NCBI GenBank assembly: GCA_000092065.1
Contig: CP000587.1
DNA length: 64,000 nt
Source: Ostreococcus lucimarinus
Lineage: Eukaryota
Direction: 5' to 3' (one strand)
Shown: positions 37,788 to 48,910 of the stretch, piece after piece
Layout: each line of letters starts with the position of its first letter
Position numbering within the stretch: the first letter of the stretch is position 1
The notes under the pieces: model-generated
The model's database searches: none
What the model was told of the DNA's origin: nothing
The model's input: the letters and a program-made list of their open reading frames with translations, nothing else
Program-made: the position numbers and the translations under genes

Positions 37788-38582
37788 TCACGGCGACGGC
37801 GCCGAACGGTGCGATCGCGCGCTCGAACCGTCGTCATCATCATCCAATAAACGCGCCAGAGCGTCATCGCGATCGAGCGCGCCGAAACGCGCGACATTGG
37901 GAGTCGCGAACGCCGCGCCGCCGACGTCGGCGCCGCCGCCTCGACGAGCCGCGCGACGGGTCGGAGTCTCAATCGCGCCCTCGCTCGCGGTTTCCGACAC
38001 CCGACGTCGCTGATGCACCAAAACCGAGGAACCCTCGCGCGCGATCGCGGACGGCGACGCGCGCCGAACGTTCGTGGACGCCCCGGTCGACGGCGGATCG
38101 ACCGCCGACTTCTCGACCTCGCGCGATCGAACCTCCCGCAACGCCACGGGAATGACGGTGTCTCCAAAATTCTCCCCTATCGCGCTCGACGGCGAACCGA
38201 AACACTTCAGCCATCCTCCGCGTCGTTGTTTTGCGCCCTCGACCGTTCCCGCGTCTCGACGCCGCGGCGCGCCCGTTCTCGCCGCGCCTCGTTCCGACGA
38301 CGCCGGCGTCGCCCGCCCCGAGGACCGCCCGCTCGAGCTCAGGCTCTCCATTACCCCTCGCGTGATCGCGAACGCGGTGTCGAACGACCCTCGCTTTCGT
38401 CGGTCGACGCCGTCGCGTCGCTTCGCGCGCGCGTCGCTCGTTCGCCCGCCGCGCGCTTTGGGTTGAATATCCACGCGCGAGGTCACCACCGCCGCGTCGC
38501 TGTCGAGAATCGTGCGCGTGCCGCCGAGCCAATCCGCGAACGAGGCCTCGTCGACGTCGGGGCCGCACTTAAGTTCCGTCAT
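37788..38582 (-). CDS. Hypothetical protein (low complexity)
   Basis: 264-aa ORF with no recognised domain. Overlapped by antisense ORFs. Confidence 0.25.
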   Translation of the reverse strand: MTELKCGPDVDEASFADWLGGTRTILDSDAAVVTSRVDIQPKARGGRTSDARAKRRDGVDRRKRGSFDTAFAITRGVMESLSSSGRSSGRATPASSERGAARTGAPRRRDAGTVEGAKQRRGGWLKCFGSPSSAIGENFGDTVIPVALREVRSREVEKSAVDPPSTGASTNVRRASPSAIAREGSSVLVHQRRRVSETASEGAIETPTRRAARRGGGADVGGAAFATPNVARFGALDRDDALARLLDDDDDGSSARSHRSAPSP

Positions 38583-38711
38583 CTTCGCGCGCGCGGCGAT
38601 GGACGCGGACGCGCGCGAGGGTCTGCGGCGAGGGGAACGACGCGCGCGAGATTTGAATTTGAACGCGAAACGCGCGCGCGCGGGGCGGGCGCGTCATTTC
38701 CGCGCGCGACG

Positions 38712-39548
38712 ATGATGAAAGCGCGCGACGCGGAGAAAACGAAAGAAAACGATGAGCGGTCGCCGAGCGAGGCGCGCACGCTGTTCTATTCGCCGTATTA
38801 CGACGTGCCGAGCGATTTGGGGTTCCCGCCGGCGCCGCGCTCGACCGCGGGCACCGGGCACAGCGCGGCGCCGAGTTCGACGCGTGGGTTCTCGCTAAAG
38901 AAGATGTATCACTCCGCGATCAGCGCATTTAAGCCGTTCAAGCGATCGCGATCGCCCGAGCGCGCGGGGAAGGGTACGGAGACGGGGAAGACGCTCCGAA
39001 GGCCGAAGGCGCGCCGCGCCGTAAACGCGAACGCGAAGAACGCGACTTCGTCGTGGTTTTGGGTATTCGATAGCCCGAAATCCGATCCCCCAGCGAACGA
39101 CGAGAACGAGTCGGGTGCAGTGGTGAATGATATGTCGATCGAGGAGGGAGCGAACGTGCTCGGGGAAATCAATCGAGATTTCAGCGCAAACGCGCGCGAG
39201 ACAACGACGAGATTGACGACGCAGCCGAAGAATGCTTTACACGTGAGGAAGACGATTCGAAAGAAACCACCGGTCGCTCCAGCGGCTTCGAAGTACCATA
39301 GAAGACGCACCGAAACACTGAAGAATGGACAGGTTCGAAAGTGTTCGAGGTGCGCGATCGAGGGCGACAATTCAATCCACTGGCGTCGATCGTACGATTC
39401 GAAGAGTCCATTCTTCGGGTCAGACCTGTGTGATCGGTGCGGCAAAGCGGAATCGCGCGCATTAGCGAAGCTAAACTCTTCTACGGCGAAGGTTGTTGTG
39501 GCGAATCGACGTCGTACTGATACTCGCGCAATGCCGCGCCGTCGATGA
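38712..39548 (+). CDS. GATA-like zinc-finger protein (C-x2-C-x25-C-x2-C with TxxWRR-like 'SIHWRR')
   Basis: 'CSRCAIEGDNSIHWRRSYDSKSPFFGSDLCDRCG' resembles a GATA-type finger with an unusually long loop. Start 'MMKARDAEK' (ATG ~38712). Confidence 0.45.
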   Translation: MMKARDAEKTKENDERSPSEARTLFYSPYYDVPSDLGFPPAPRSTAGTGHSAAPSSTRGFSLKKMYHSAISAFKPFKRSRSPERAGKGTETGKTLRRPKARRAVNANAKNATSSWFWVFDSPKSDPPANDENESGAVVNDMSIEEGANVLGEINRDFSANARETTTRLTTQPKNALHVRKTIRKKPPVAPAASKYHRRRTETLKNGQVRKCSRCAIEGDNSIHWRRSYDSKSPFFGSDLCDRCGKAESRALAKLNSSTAKVVVANRRRTDTRAMPRRR

Positions 39549-39655
39549 AGCGCGCGCCTGTGACGAGAACGACTGAAATGAAGGAATCTGATCTAGAATG
39601 TGCTATGAAGAGTTGTAACTGCTGCTATGTGCGTGTATCGTACATGATGAATCAA

Positions 39656-41419
39656 TCAAATCGGTGTCCCGAAGTCCGCGTCGACTGGGTTCTTCCAGTG
39701 GTTAAAGTCGTTGAATTGTTCCTCCGCCACGCTTCCCGTCACCGGGCACGTATCTTCAATGGGCGGGAACATTTCGTGCGCGAGCTCGTTGACCTCGGAC
39801 AACGTGTACTGCTTCACTCGCTTTGTCGTCTCGCACACGACCTCGCCTTTCGGGTTGATCGTGAATACGCGGTGTTGAGGCACGCCCACGGCGAGGTAAG
39901 ACTCCACGTCTGTATCTCGGTTCCCGAACCCTGCATGAAAAGGATTCCACCCGGGTGGGAACAAGTTGCGAATGTCTTGCAAGCATCGAATCTTGAACCG
40001 CTGAGGGTTCCTCGTGACGACTTCGCGAAACAACGCTTTGGACAAAGGATCCGGCGCGCACATCACCGGCCCTTGCGCGAGCGTCTTGTCGCCCTGACGA
40101 AGCGACGACAGGTACTTTCTAGTTCCCGAAGCGTGCGAAATCGCTCGCGAAGTCAAGAACATCATCTTGTATCCGTTGTCGGTGATGTTGCTGTAAAGCG
40201 ACGCGACACCGTCGTGACTCCAGTCTTTACCGACCATCGGTGCGAGATGGCCGAGGACGTCACTCTTCGTGATCGTCCCGTCGACATCACTGATGACGAG
40301 CTTTATGTTCCAATCCCATAAATACACGAACGCCGAAACCTCTTGCAATCCCCACACGCGCGAGTTGAACGCGAACGAGATGGTATTGGTGCCGGGCTTG
40401 AGATCGAGCGACATCACTTCATCTTGCGTTAACTGCACGCGACGTACGCGACGACCTCGTCTCGGCGACGTCAACGCGTCGAAACCAACCGATCCGCCTG
40501 GCGCGTTGACCAAAGGCGACGCAGGCGCGTTGACGCGACCGTTCGAGGTCAACTTCCAGTTCGATGGCAAAGGAGTGCCGAACGCGAGGTGCGCCAAGAC
40601 GTGCGGTGCTGCCGCGCTCCAAGGTAATGCCTTCGCGGGTGGTCCCGCCGGACTGCGTCGCGGTCGCACGACGAGCCCAGAATGTCCGATCAGCCCAGGG
40701 TGCGCCTTGAAGTGCTCGAGCGTCACCAAGTGCTTGTCGAACTCCTCCACTTTCCCCCCGCACAAGCTCAACTCCACGGCGGGCAACACGGTCATTCCGG
40801 CGCTTTGTAACGCATCCACCGCCGTCGCCACTTCCTCTTCGGACATCGTACGTTTCCCGTCTTCTACGTCCCCGCTCGAACCCGACGTACTCGGCCTCGT
40901 CGTCTTCGGCGGCGTCTCTAATCGAAGCGCCGACAGCGCCTCGACCGCCCCGACCTCGTCTTCATCCCCGGTTCCTAACTCTATATCGCTTTCCTCATCT
41001 TCGTCCTCGTCGTCGTCGAAATCGTCCACACCGTCCGCGAAGTACGCCTCGCCGTTGGATCCGAGCCGCATCGTCAGCTCGCTCAGCGTCCCGTTCACCG
41101 TCACCGTCACCACCTTGGCTTCGCGTCCTCGCAGGAACGACTGCGCGTTACCGAATCGCACGTAGAACGGACTCGCCCTGAGTCCTCCGTCGGGTTGTTT
41201 GATCACCAGCGTGTCTGCGAGCGACGCGCGAGGCGTTGATTAGTCGACAGTTGGATCTCTCGCGCGGGTCGCGTTCGCGTTCGCGTCGTTCGTACCTATA
41301 GCGCCGCTCGCGCTCGGGACGAGCGTGCTCACGGCGGCGACGGAGCCGCCGACGGTGCCCACGGCGACGGAGCCGGCGACATCGCGGATCTGGCGAAGCC
41401 GCGAGGCGAGGGTCTTGTT
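39656..41419 (-). CDS. Lipin/Pah1 phosphatidate phosphatase (N-LIP + LNS2/HAD). Exons ~41287..41419 and 39656..41214; 72-nt intron
   Basis: Catalytic 'DVDGTITKSD' (DxDxT). Splicing exon 1 (MGDNKTL...SGAI, AG|GTACGA donor) to exon 2 (CAG acceptor) restores the N-LIP motif 'GAIDTLVIKQPDGGLRASPFYVRFG'. The track ORF begins at a GTG inside exon 2. Confidence 0.8.
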
Positions 41420-41538
41420 GTCCCCCATGACGCGAGGCGGGCACTGACGCGCGACGAACTGGAAAAAGTTGGAGATTTGATCACACGTATCGAGGAGTGA
41501 AAGTCGAGTCATGGTCTTGATTCGCGCGCGCGATGGCG

Positions 41539-42747
41539 TCACGCCGCGGGCGAGGACTTGGCGGCGCCCGCGCGGTGGTGCCCTCGAAGCTTTTGCGACA
41601 TGTCATCCGGACGCAACGGGAAATCGCTGACTTGCTCGCACGATTCCAAAAGCATCTGCGGTCGATTTTTAGCGTGAAAGATGAAGAGACTTCCCGTGAT
41701 GAAGCAAAAGTTGCGAGCGTTCTGACAGTAGCGCGCGTGGAGTAAAGCCTGAAGTCGTCCGCTTTCCATCGAGTTCGCGTCGTCCATCCAAAGGTTAAAC
41801 GGATATCGTCGCGTGCCGGCGAAAATGCACAATCCCTGCTTCCCGCCTTCGTATCGGATGAGCTGCATGACGCCGTCGTAAAGATTGGATTGCGTCGGCT
41901 GAAGATCGACTAAAATTGTCGCCTTTTCGCGCGCAGCCGCGGCGACTAGAAGTTTTTGGTAATCTCGCGCGTCGCGCGGGTTCAGAATGTCCTTCGTCAG
42001 CCCGAGATGTCCCCAGTGACGCCAGTCTTCGATGAACAATTCTCGCTCTCTCCACCAAGGCAACAATCGTCGGTAGTCCCGGCTGTACTCTAACATGCCA
42101 AACGATGCGAGAGACGCTCCGGCTGGGTCCCAGATTCCTCGAATGTTCTCAATCGCCAGCTTCTCGGCGAGCGCGAATTCACCGTGATAGAGTCTCGATC
42201 TGCCGTGCTTCGTGAAATACGGAGACTGACCAGCCAGCACGGTTTCCACGTTGACGCTGTTGCCGTTGTGATATACGTACGCGAGAACGCGTCCGTACTT
42301 ATCGAGAGAGTACTCGCGCGCGCGAGACACCGAAGTCATGAACTCGCAGGTGTCGAATTCGATGTCCACCTCGACGTCGCCGCATCGACCATCCGCCGCC
42401 GATCCCAGACGCTTCTTGAGCCAATCGAACGCCTCCACGCCCGCCGGCGTGATCGGTTTGTACGCTTGCTCCTCCTTCTTCACATCGAGCGATTCTTCGG
42501 TGTCGACGTAGATCAACCGCACGTCCACTTTCTCCCACGTCGTCGGGTCGACGCTCGACGCGTCGAGCTCGTCGCTCGGTATGCGAGACGTGGGTTCGCT
42601 GCCCACGACGAGCGAGTCTTCCCAACCGTCGCCCGTGGACGAGCGTTGCTGACCGCCGTCGGGGTTGAGAAGCACGCGGATGGTCTTACCGTCGATGACG
42701 TGCGTGACGATGCAGTTGCGAATGAAAGTTCCGTGAAAGCTGTGCAT
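41539..42747 (-). CDS. Staphylococcal-nuclease (thermonuclease, SNase)-like domain protein with a C-terminal extension
   Basis: 'VIDGKTIRV...RLIYVDTEE...DKYGRVLAYVY...NVN..LAGQ' matches the SNase fold motifs. Start at 'MHSFHGTF' (~42747). Confidence 0.55.
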   Translation of the reverse strand: MHSFHGTFIRNCIVTHVIDGKTIRVLLNPDGGQQRSSTGDGWEDSLVVGSEPTSRIPSDELDASSVDPTTWEKVDVRLIYVDTEESLDVKKEEQAYKPITPAGVEAFDWLKKRLGSAADGRCGDVEVDIEFDTCEFMTSVSRAREYSLDKYGRVLAYVYHNGNSVNVETVLAGQSPYFTKHGRSRLYHGEFALAEKLAIENIRGIWDPAGASLASFGMLEYSRDYRRLLPWWRERELFIEDWRHWGHLGLTKDILNPRDARDYQKLLVAAAAREKATILVDLQPTQSNLYDGVMQLIRYEGGKQGLCIFAGTRRYPFNLWMDDANSMESGRLQALLHARYCQNARNFCFITGSLFIFHAKNRPQMLLESCEQVSDFPLRPDDMSQKLRGHHRAGAAKSSPAA

Positions 42748-42813
42748 GTTGGTTTCGCGTCGCGCGCGTCGCGCTGTGACGCCGTCGATATCGCGAATGA
42801 AATCTAATATAAC

Positions 42814-43845
42814 AACGAACCGCACGCGATGGCGGTGATGGCGACGGAAAAGTTATCGTCGACGATGGACGTGATCGGTAACGATTCCACGAGCGCGCAC
42901 GCGAAAGCGATGATGAGCGTGACAAAGTACGTCGTCGGCGTGGCTTCGATGAAGCCAAACGCGTCGAAATACGCCAATAATCTGCGTCGGCGACGAAACG
43001 AAACGGCGCGATGTCAGTCTTCGAGATCGAGCGGACGCGCGCGCGTCGAAAGCACACCCCGACGCATCGCGAGCGATATCGCGCGCGAATCGCGAATCGC
43101 GAATCGCGAATCGCGAATCGCGTTTATCAATCGAAACGCACCCGCTCGCGACGCCGAATCCGCCCGCCACGAACCCCGCGCTCCCAGCGAAACTCTTCTC
43201 CTCGTTCCACGGCAGCGCGTTCCCTTTCCCGAACTTCCGCCCGACGAGATCCGCGAATCCATCACCGCCGCACATCATCGCCATCGCGACTATTCCAATC
43301 GGATTCGTCCGCCAATACGCGCTCGTGCACGCGGCGAGCACCGCCGTGTAATACAACGGCCCCTTCAACAGCTCCTCCTTCCCCCCCTCTCGGCTCACGG
43401 CCCGCACCGCGCTCGCGTTCTTAATCATCCCCGACCCTATGCCGAATAATCGCACCCCCTGCGCCAGCGGGATCGCCGCCGCGAAGAATCGCGCCGCGCC
43501 GCTCGCGCTAAACAGCGGCCACGTGCACGCGAAAAACGTCCCGCTCGTCACGTGCACCAACTTCCTCGACGTCGTCGACGCGAACGCCCCGCGATCGGCG
43601 AGCGCGTCGAATGCTTTCACCCACACGAACGCGCCGATCGTCGTGAGCGCGCTCGCGGCGACGTCGCGCGGCGTTTCGTCGACGGAGGCGACAAACTGCG
43701 CGACGGCGTCAAAGACCATCGGCGCGGACGCGCGCGCGTCGATCGCGCGACGTCGCGCGCGAGAGAGACGTCGCGCGCGCGCGCCGCGCGTCTCGCCGCG
43801 CGACGGCGCGGCGCGCGCGCGCGAGGCGCGAGTCGTCGCGCGCAT
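42814..43845 (-). CDS. VTE5: Phytol/farnesol kinase (VTE5-like, CTP-dependent polyprenol kinase family). Exons ~43135..43845 and 42814..42981; 153-nt intron
   Basis: 'RKLVHVTSG', 'GDGFADLVGRKFGK' and the TM-rich body match VTE5. A GG|GTGCGT donor and CAG acceptor join on the conserved C-terminus '...LLAYFDAFGFIEATPTTYFVTLIIAFACALVESLPITSIVDDNFSVAITAIACGSLLY*'. The N-terminus looks like a transit peptide. Confidence 0.7.
43084..43115. repeat. (cgcgaat)4.5 heptanucleotide tandem repeat
   Basis: 'cgcgaatcgcgaatcgcgaatcgcgaatcgcg' inside the VTE5 intron. Confidence 0.85.
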
Positions 43846-44102
43846 GCGCGCGGGGACCGTGCGGCGCGCTTTGACGCCGCACTCACGCGCGCGCGCGCCG
43901 ACGCGACGATCGAACGCGCGCGAGGGCGTCGAACGCGATGTGCGTCGCGCGTCGAGCGCGCTCGAGCGACGCGCGAGGCGCGAGGCGAGGCGCGCGCGGA
44001 CGGTTTTCACCGCCGCCGCCGACCGCGACGACCGACCGACTGACGACGAACGACGACGACGGCGACGCGACGCGCAGGTTTAAGCGACGGGACTGGAACT
44101 AC

Positions 44103-44197
44103 ATGCACGCCCGCGATGGGGACTCGTCGAGCGATTCGGATTCGGTCGAGTCCGCGGGACCGGAGGCGCGGTCGAGCGATGAAGAAGCGAGCGCGAG

Positions 44198-44228
<31 letters not shown>

Positions 44229-44840
44229 GAAGAAGCGGCGACGAACGAGGAGGCGACGTCGACGCGCGAGAGGTATGATGACGCGCGAACGATGATTGAA
44301 GACGCGTTAAAAGGAGATTCTGACGCGAAGAGCATCGCGGCGAAGTGTCGGGCGTGTCCGGGGACGCTGTTGTTGAGCGCGGCGAATATGCGCGCGCACG
44401 CGGCGAGCAAGCGACATCGAAAGAATTTGGAAAAACTCGGAAGGGCGAACGACGAGACGTTCGTGTGTTTTTATCCCGCGGTGCGCGAGGATGATGGAAT
44501 CGTGAGCGACGGGGAGGCGGAGACGCACGCTGAACGCCTGGCGCGATTGCGGGCGCAAAAAATTTTACGCTCGGCGGAGGGCGAGCGGGCAAAGGGTGGA
44601 AAGTTTTCGCTCGATCAGTTTGATTCTTCCGGTGACGAAGCCTCTGATGATGAGTCGGACGGCGATGACGACGCGAAAATGACGAAACGCTTGGCGAAGA
44701 AGGAGTTCGCGAGAAAAGTGAGCGATAGCGCGCCCAAGGAGAAGGAGAAACGTTCGAGGCGTCACGCGCAGAGCAAACGCAAATCCGGCAAGAGCAAGCC
44801 TGGGAAGAGGCAGCGCATGGCGATGAAGAGTGCGACGTGA
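44103..44840 (+). CDS. Acidic/basic nuclear protein with a C2H2-like zinc finger (ZNF593/Bud20-like?)
   Basis: 'KCRACPGTLLLSAANMRAHAASKRHRKN' (C-x2-C...H-x5-H) is flanked by poly-D/E and a K/R-rich tail. Start 'MHARDGD' (ATG ~44103). Confidence 0.45.
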
Positions 44841-44989
44841 TGCAGTGTGGTAGTCTGGGCGTTGTATTAAGACAGTGATCAATTGGAATGGAGTGGCAAG
44901 TGTCGGTATCGTGCTTATCGCGTGCAGGTGTAGTGAAAGGGTCGTTCATCAATCCCGTTGACTTTGCGGCCTTCGCGGCGTAGCGAGAT

Positions 44990-45062
44990 TCACTCGGCGC
45001 CGCGGCCGACTCCATCCAGTTTCGCTTCTTGCTTTGCTATTCTTGCGTCATCGCTATCCGTC

Positions 45063-45093
<31 letters not shown>

Positions 45094-45901
45094 CGGTGAG
45101 ATCACCCGAACCCGAAGTCTTCAACAGCGAGGTGTGCCCGTCTTGTTTTGATTTGTTCTCAGCGGCGTCGCCACTGCTCGAAGGGACGGCTTCGGTGGTT
45201 TTGTCCGAACCGGTTTTGTCCGATCCACCATTCTCGCTTCCGGTCGCGCCAGATCGTCTCCACAGCAACGCCGGTCGCGGGGCATGGTTCTTCGCCGCGT
45301 ACAACCCGCACGCGTTGCACAGAGATCCGATTCCGTCCTTATCCTTCCTCCAAAACGGCGTCTCGGTCGATTTGCAGTTGACGCAAATCTTTTGCTTTTG
45401 CGCCTTGACGTTCGTCGACGCCTTGACCGTCGCCTTGCACGCGCGAATCGATTGCGTCACGCCCCCCTTTCGTCCCGCGCGACCGCCTTTCCCGCCCTTC
45501 TTGGCCCCGCCGCCGCCGCGTCCCGTGCGCGCGCTCGTCGCTTCGCCGCCGTACGCCGCCGCGCCCATCGCCGGCGTCCCGTACGCGCCGCTAAACGGTG
45601 GCGAAGCGCCCATCATCCCCGCGTACGCCTGCACGTTGTACGTCTGCGACTGCACGTACGCCACGTACGCCGCGTACGACGCCATCATGTGCGGTCCCAT
45701 GGCGGCGAGCGCGGCGTTCTGTCGTTCGTAGTACGCCGCCCCCATCGCCTCCGGCGTCATCGTCGTCATCATCTGCTGCGCGTACATCGCCTGCGTCGCC
45801 ATCCCTTCGAGCGCGATCGCGCGTTCGTCCCCTCCCGCGCCCTCGCGCGCGGCGTCCGCCGGCGTCCGGCTCGGCGCCGCATTGCCCGCGTTCGGCCCCA
45901 T
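44990..45901 (-). CDS. GATA-type zinc-finger transcription factor
   Basis: 'CVNCKSTETPFWRKDKDGIGSLCNACGLY' is the canonical C-x2-C-x17-C-x2-C GATA finger. It carries a poly-Thr tract. Confidence 0.7.
45061..45092. repeat. Trinucleotide repeat (tcg)5(tag)6 encoding poly-Thr on the minus strand
   Basis: 'tcgtcgtcgtcgtcgtagtagtagtagtagtcg' inside the GATA CDS. Confidence 0.8.
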
Positions 45902-46345
45902 CGCGTTTTCCTCGCTCGTCCCGACCCCCCCTCGCGCCTCGCCTCGCCGTCCTATCGACGTCTCGCGACGTTTACCTTCGCGCACCGCGCGCCGAGCTCG
46001 TTCGCGCGCCTCCTCGCGTCGTCACCGTCCCCGATCGTCGCCCGTGCGCGCCGCGATGTTATCCGCGCGCGTCCTCGCGATCGATCGCCGCGCGTCCGGC
46101 GCCCGCGCGCGCGGCGTCGATCGCGACGGCGTCGATCGCGCGCGCGCGATCCGATCGAGATCGAGATCGCGCGATCTTTGGATGGTTGGTTTTACGGGTC
46201 GCGCGCGCGCGCATTTAACGAGGTTTGAGCGGTAATAAAAAAAACGCGCGAAATCGACCGACGCGGGAAATTGGCGGGAAAAGACGCCGCAAAGCGCGCG
46301 GGCTGGCTGTTGAAGTCTAGAGTCTAGTTGAAGTCTAGCGGGCGG

Positions 46346-48633
46346 TTAAGGATGCCCGTGGAGCTCGCGCGCCGAGTCCCAGAGGGCGGTGGCGCGGAAC
46401 ACGCGCGCGCGAGCGGTGGCGAGGGCGTCGGCGGCGACGCGCGCGTCGGCGGCGTCGGCGAGACGCGCGACGAGCGCGCGAGAGGCGAGGAGTTGCGCGC
46501 GCGTCGGCGTCAACTCGGCGCGCGCCGTCGGACTCGACGGCCCGCGACGCGTGTCGGCGGAGTCGAAGTCTCGAAGTAAGCTTTCCGCTCGGGTGTGCGC
46601 GGCGAGGGCGTAGACGTCGAGCGTGCGTCGTCTGGACGCGCGCCAAATTCGCGCGAGCTCGCGCAGGTGCGAGTACGACGTGAGCTCGCGGACGTCGGCT
46701 TTGCCCAAAGCGAGCGCGTCGGCGTGTTCGGGTGGTTCGACCAACTGGAGCGTCGAAAGATATTCGGATAGCGCGCGAAGTGCTTTCGTTTCGACGCGCA
46801 AGCGCGCCGAGTGCTTGTCGCGCGAAACGACGTCGCCGTCGTACGAGTCCGTTTTGAGCGACTCTTCGTCGGCGCCGTACATCGCGACGTACTCTTCCTC
46901 GTCCTCAGTATCTGTTCCGTTCGCTGCGAAAACATCCTCTTCTTGATCCCACACATCGTCGTCTCGAGTGGGCGCGGCGTCTTCGCGGTCGGCTAGTAAA
47001 ATTGGCTCAGCCTCGACGAAGTGCGCTCGCGCCACGTCGAGAAGCTCGACGAACGGCTTGTACGTGTAATCGGCCGTAGTCGCCAGCTGTAGCATGATTT
47101 CCTGATGCTTTACAGCTCCCTCGTCGTCCGCGCCGCACACGAATCGTCTGAAATCGTCCTTGTCGACGCGAAACCGATCGTTACTCGAGCCGTCCGGCTC
47201 GACGTTCTCCTTGAAACAAAACCCGTATCGCAAGAGCAAATCTGTGTTCCCTTTGGCTCCGTACGTGATGTGCAAGAACTCGCCGGCTTTAAAATTGCGA
47301 AGCGCCTTCATCGTGACTTGCCCGTTTCCGTTGAAGCCGTCGGAAGAAACGTACGACACCTCGCGCGGTCGTTTGTGATTGGCAAAGTCCATTCCGGGAG
47401 CCATGAAGATGCCGCAAAAGTCCATTCTTCGAAACATGTCTCGCCATGGATCATTCGAAACCGGGTTCGGCGACTGAAACGAACGCGACATGACAACCGC
47501 ATACGCCCACCGAAACTCCCCCGCCGTGATTTCATTGCCCCTGGAGCCCGTTGGCCCTCGACTGGACGAGTTTCCATACGTCACCTGGGACACAATTTGA
47601 CTATACGTAAGCTCAACCGCGCGCTCGATTCGGTGACGCTCGAGAATCAGCCAACGTAAGTCGGCGTTGCACCGAGGCTCGTACCCGTACGCCGCTTTGC
47701 TTTCGCCGTATCCGAATAAATTGACGAAATAAGGCATCGGGAGGTACGCCGGAATGAAGGCTTGATACTCTTCGAGCGTCGGCAACTTGCTCAAATACTC
47801 GTAATGCGACGAACTTTTACCCTTTTTCTTCTCCAACGCGAGAAAGCAACACAACAACGTTTCATCGAGCGTCAAGTGTAACTGTTCGCTCGTCGGATCG
47901 ATGACGTACCCGTCGCCTTCAAAATCTTCCTTTTTCGCCCACGGAGCCAGCGCCCTCGCGCGACGCGTTCTTCGCCATTGTCTCAATTCCTGCCTCGACA
48001 CCAGCGTTCGCACCGCGGCCGACGACTGCACGAGAAGCCAATACCTCGCCAACTCCGCCAACGCCGGCGTTCGCGCGCACGACTGCGCGGTGATCAACTG
48101 TCGCGGTCCGCGCAACTCCAGCACCGTCTCGCCTCTCGCGGCGTCTCGCGTAAACCGCAACCCGTACCCGCGCATCTCCCTCGCCCCCGCGCGCCCCTCA
48201 TCGCGTTCACCGTCCTCGAACGCTTCCCTCGCCACCTCCAACAGCGCCTTCGCCCCTCGACGATCGTCCTCCGAGTACGCGACTCGCGCGCGAGTCGCTT
48301 CAACCGTCTCCTCAACCGTCTCCTCAACCGTCGCGTCCGCCTCCGCGCGCCGATCGCGCTCGATCGCCGCCTCCGACGCGCGCGCGCGCACCTCGATCGC
48401 GCGCGCCGATCGCGCGCGCGAGAGATCGAGCACCCATCGCGCGAACGCGTCGCGCGCGTCCGGCGCGTCGTTCGCGCCGTCATCTCCGGCGCGCGTTCGA
48501 CGCCGTTTCCTCCCGCGCGCGCGCGTCCGCGCGCCTCGCGCGCGCGCGCGCGCGTCCGAGGCGTCCGCGCCGTCGTCGCCGTCGCCGTCGTCGTCCGCGC
48601 GCGCGCGCGCGCGTCCGAAGAGTCGCGCGAGCG
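46346..48633 (-). CDS. SET-domain lysine methyltransferase (RBCMT/SETD3-like) with a Rubisco-LSMT-type C-terminal domain
   Basis: 'FMAPGMDFANHKRP...EFLHITYG' is the SET C-terminal/post-SET region. Start at 'MMRALARLFG' (~48633). The upstream 246 codons of the track ORF are R-rich junk. A (VEET)3 12-nt repeat lies at ~48298..48337. Confidence 0.7.
48298..48337. repeat. 12-nt tandem repeat (cgtctcctcaac) x3
   Basis: 'caaccgtctcctcaaccgtctcctcaaccgtc' inside the SET-domain gene. Confidence 0.75.
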
Positions 48634-48910
48634 CGCGCATCATCGAATCGATTCGCTTCGCGCGTCGCACACTGCCGCGCGCCGACCGCGCCGCGCATGC
48701 TCGTGCGCCGCGGCGCGCTCGCGCGCGCCGTCGTGCTCGTCGGCGCGGCGATCCCGTGCTCGACGTTCGCGCTGAAGATGCGCGAGGACGCGGCGAAAGA
48801 TCCCGCGGAGGCGGCGCGACGACGCGACGACGACGACGGCGCGTGAGGCGCGCGCGACGACGCGACGACGACGACGACGGCGCGCGAGGCGCGCGCGAGG
48901 CGCGATCGCG
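48634..48910. promoter_or_regulatory. Putative bidirectional promoter between the divergent SET-domain (-) and ABC1-kinase (+) genes
   Basis: A 277-bp CG-rich interval between two divergent ATGs. Confidence 0.3.
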
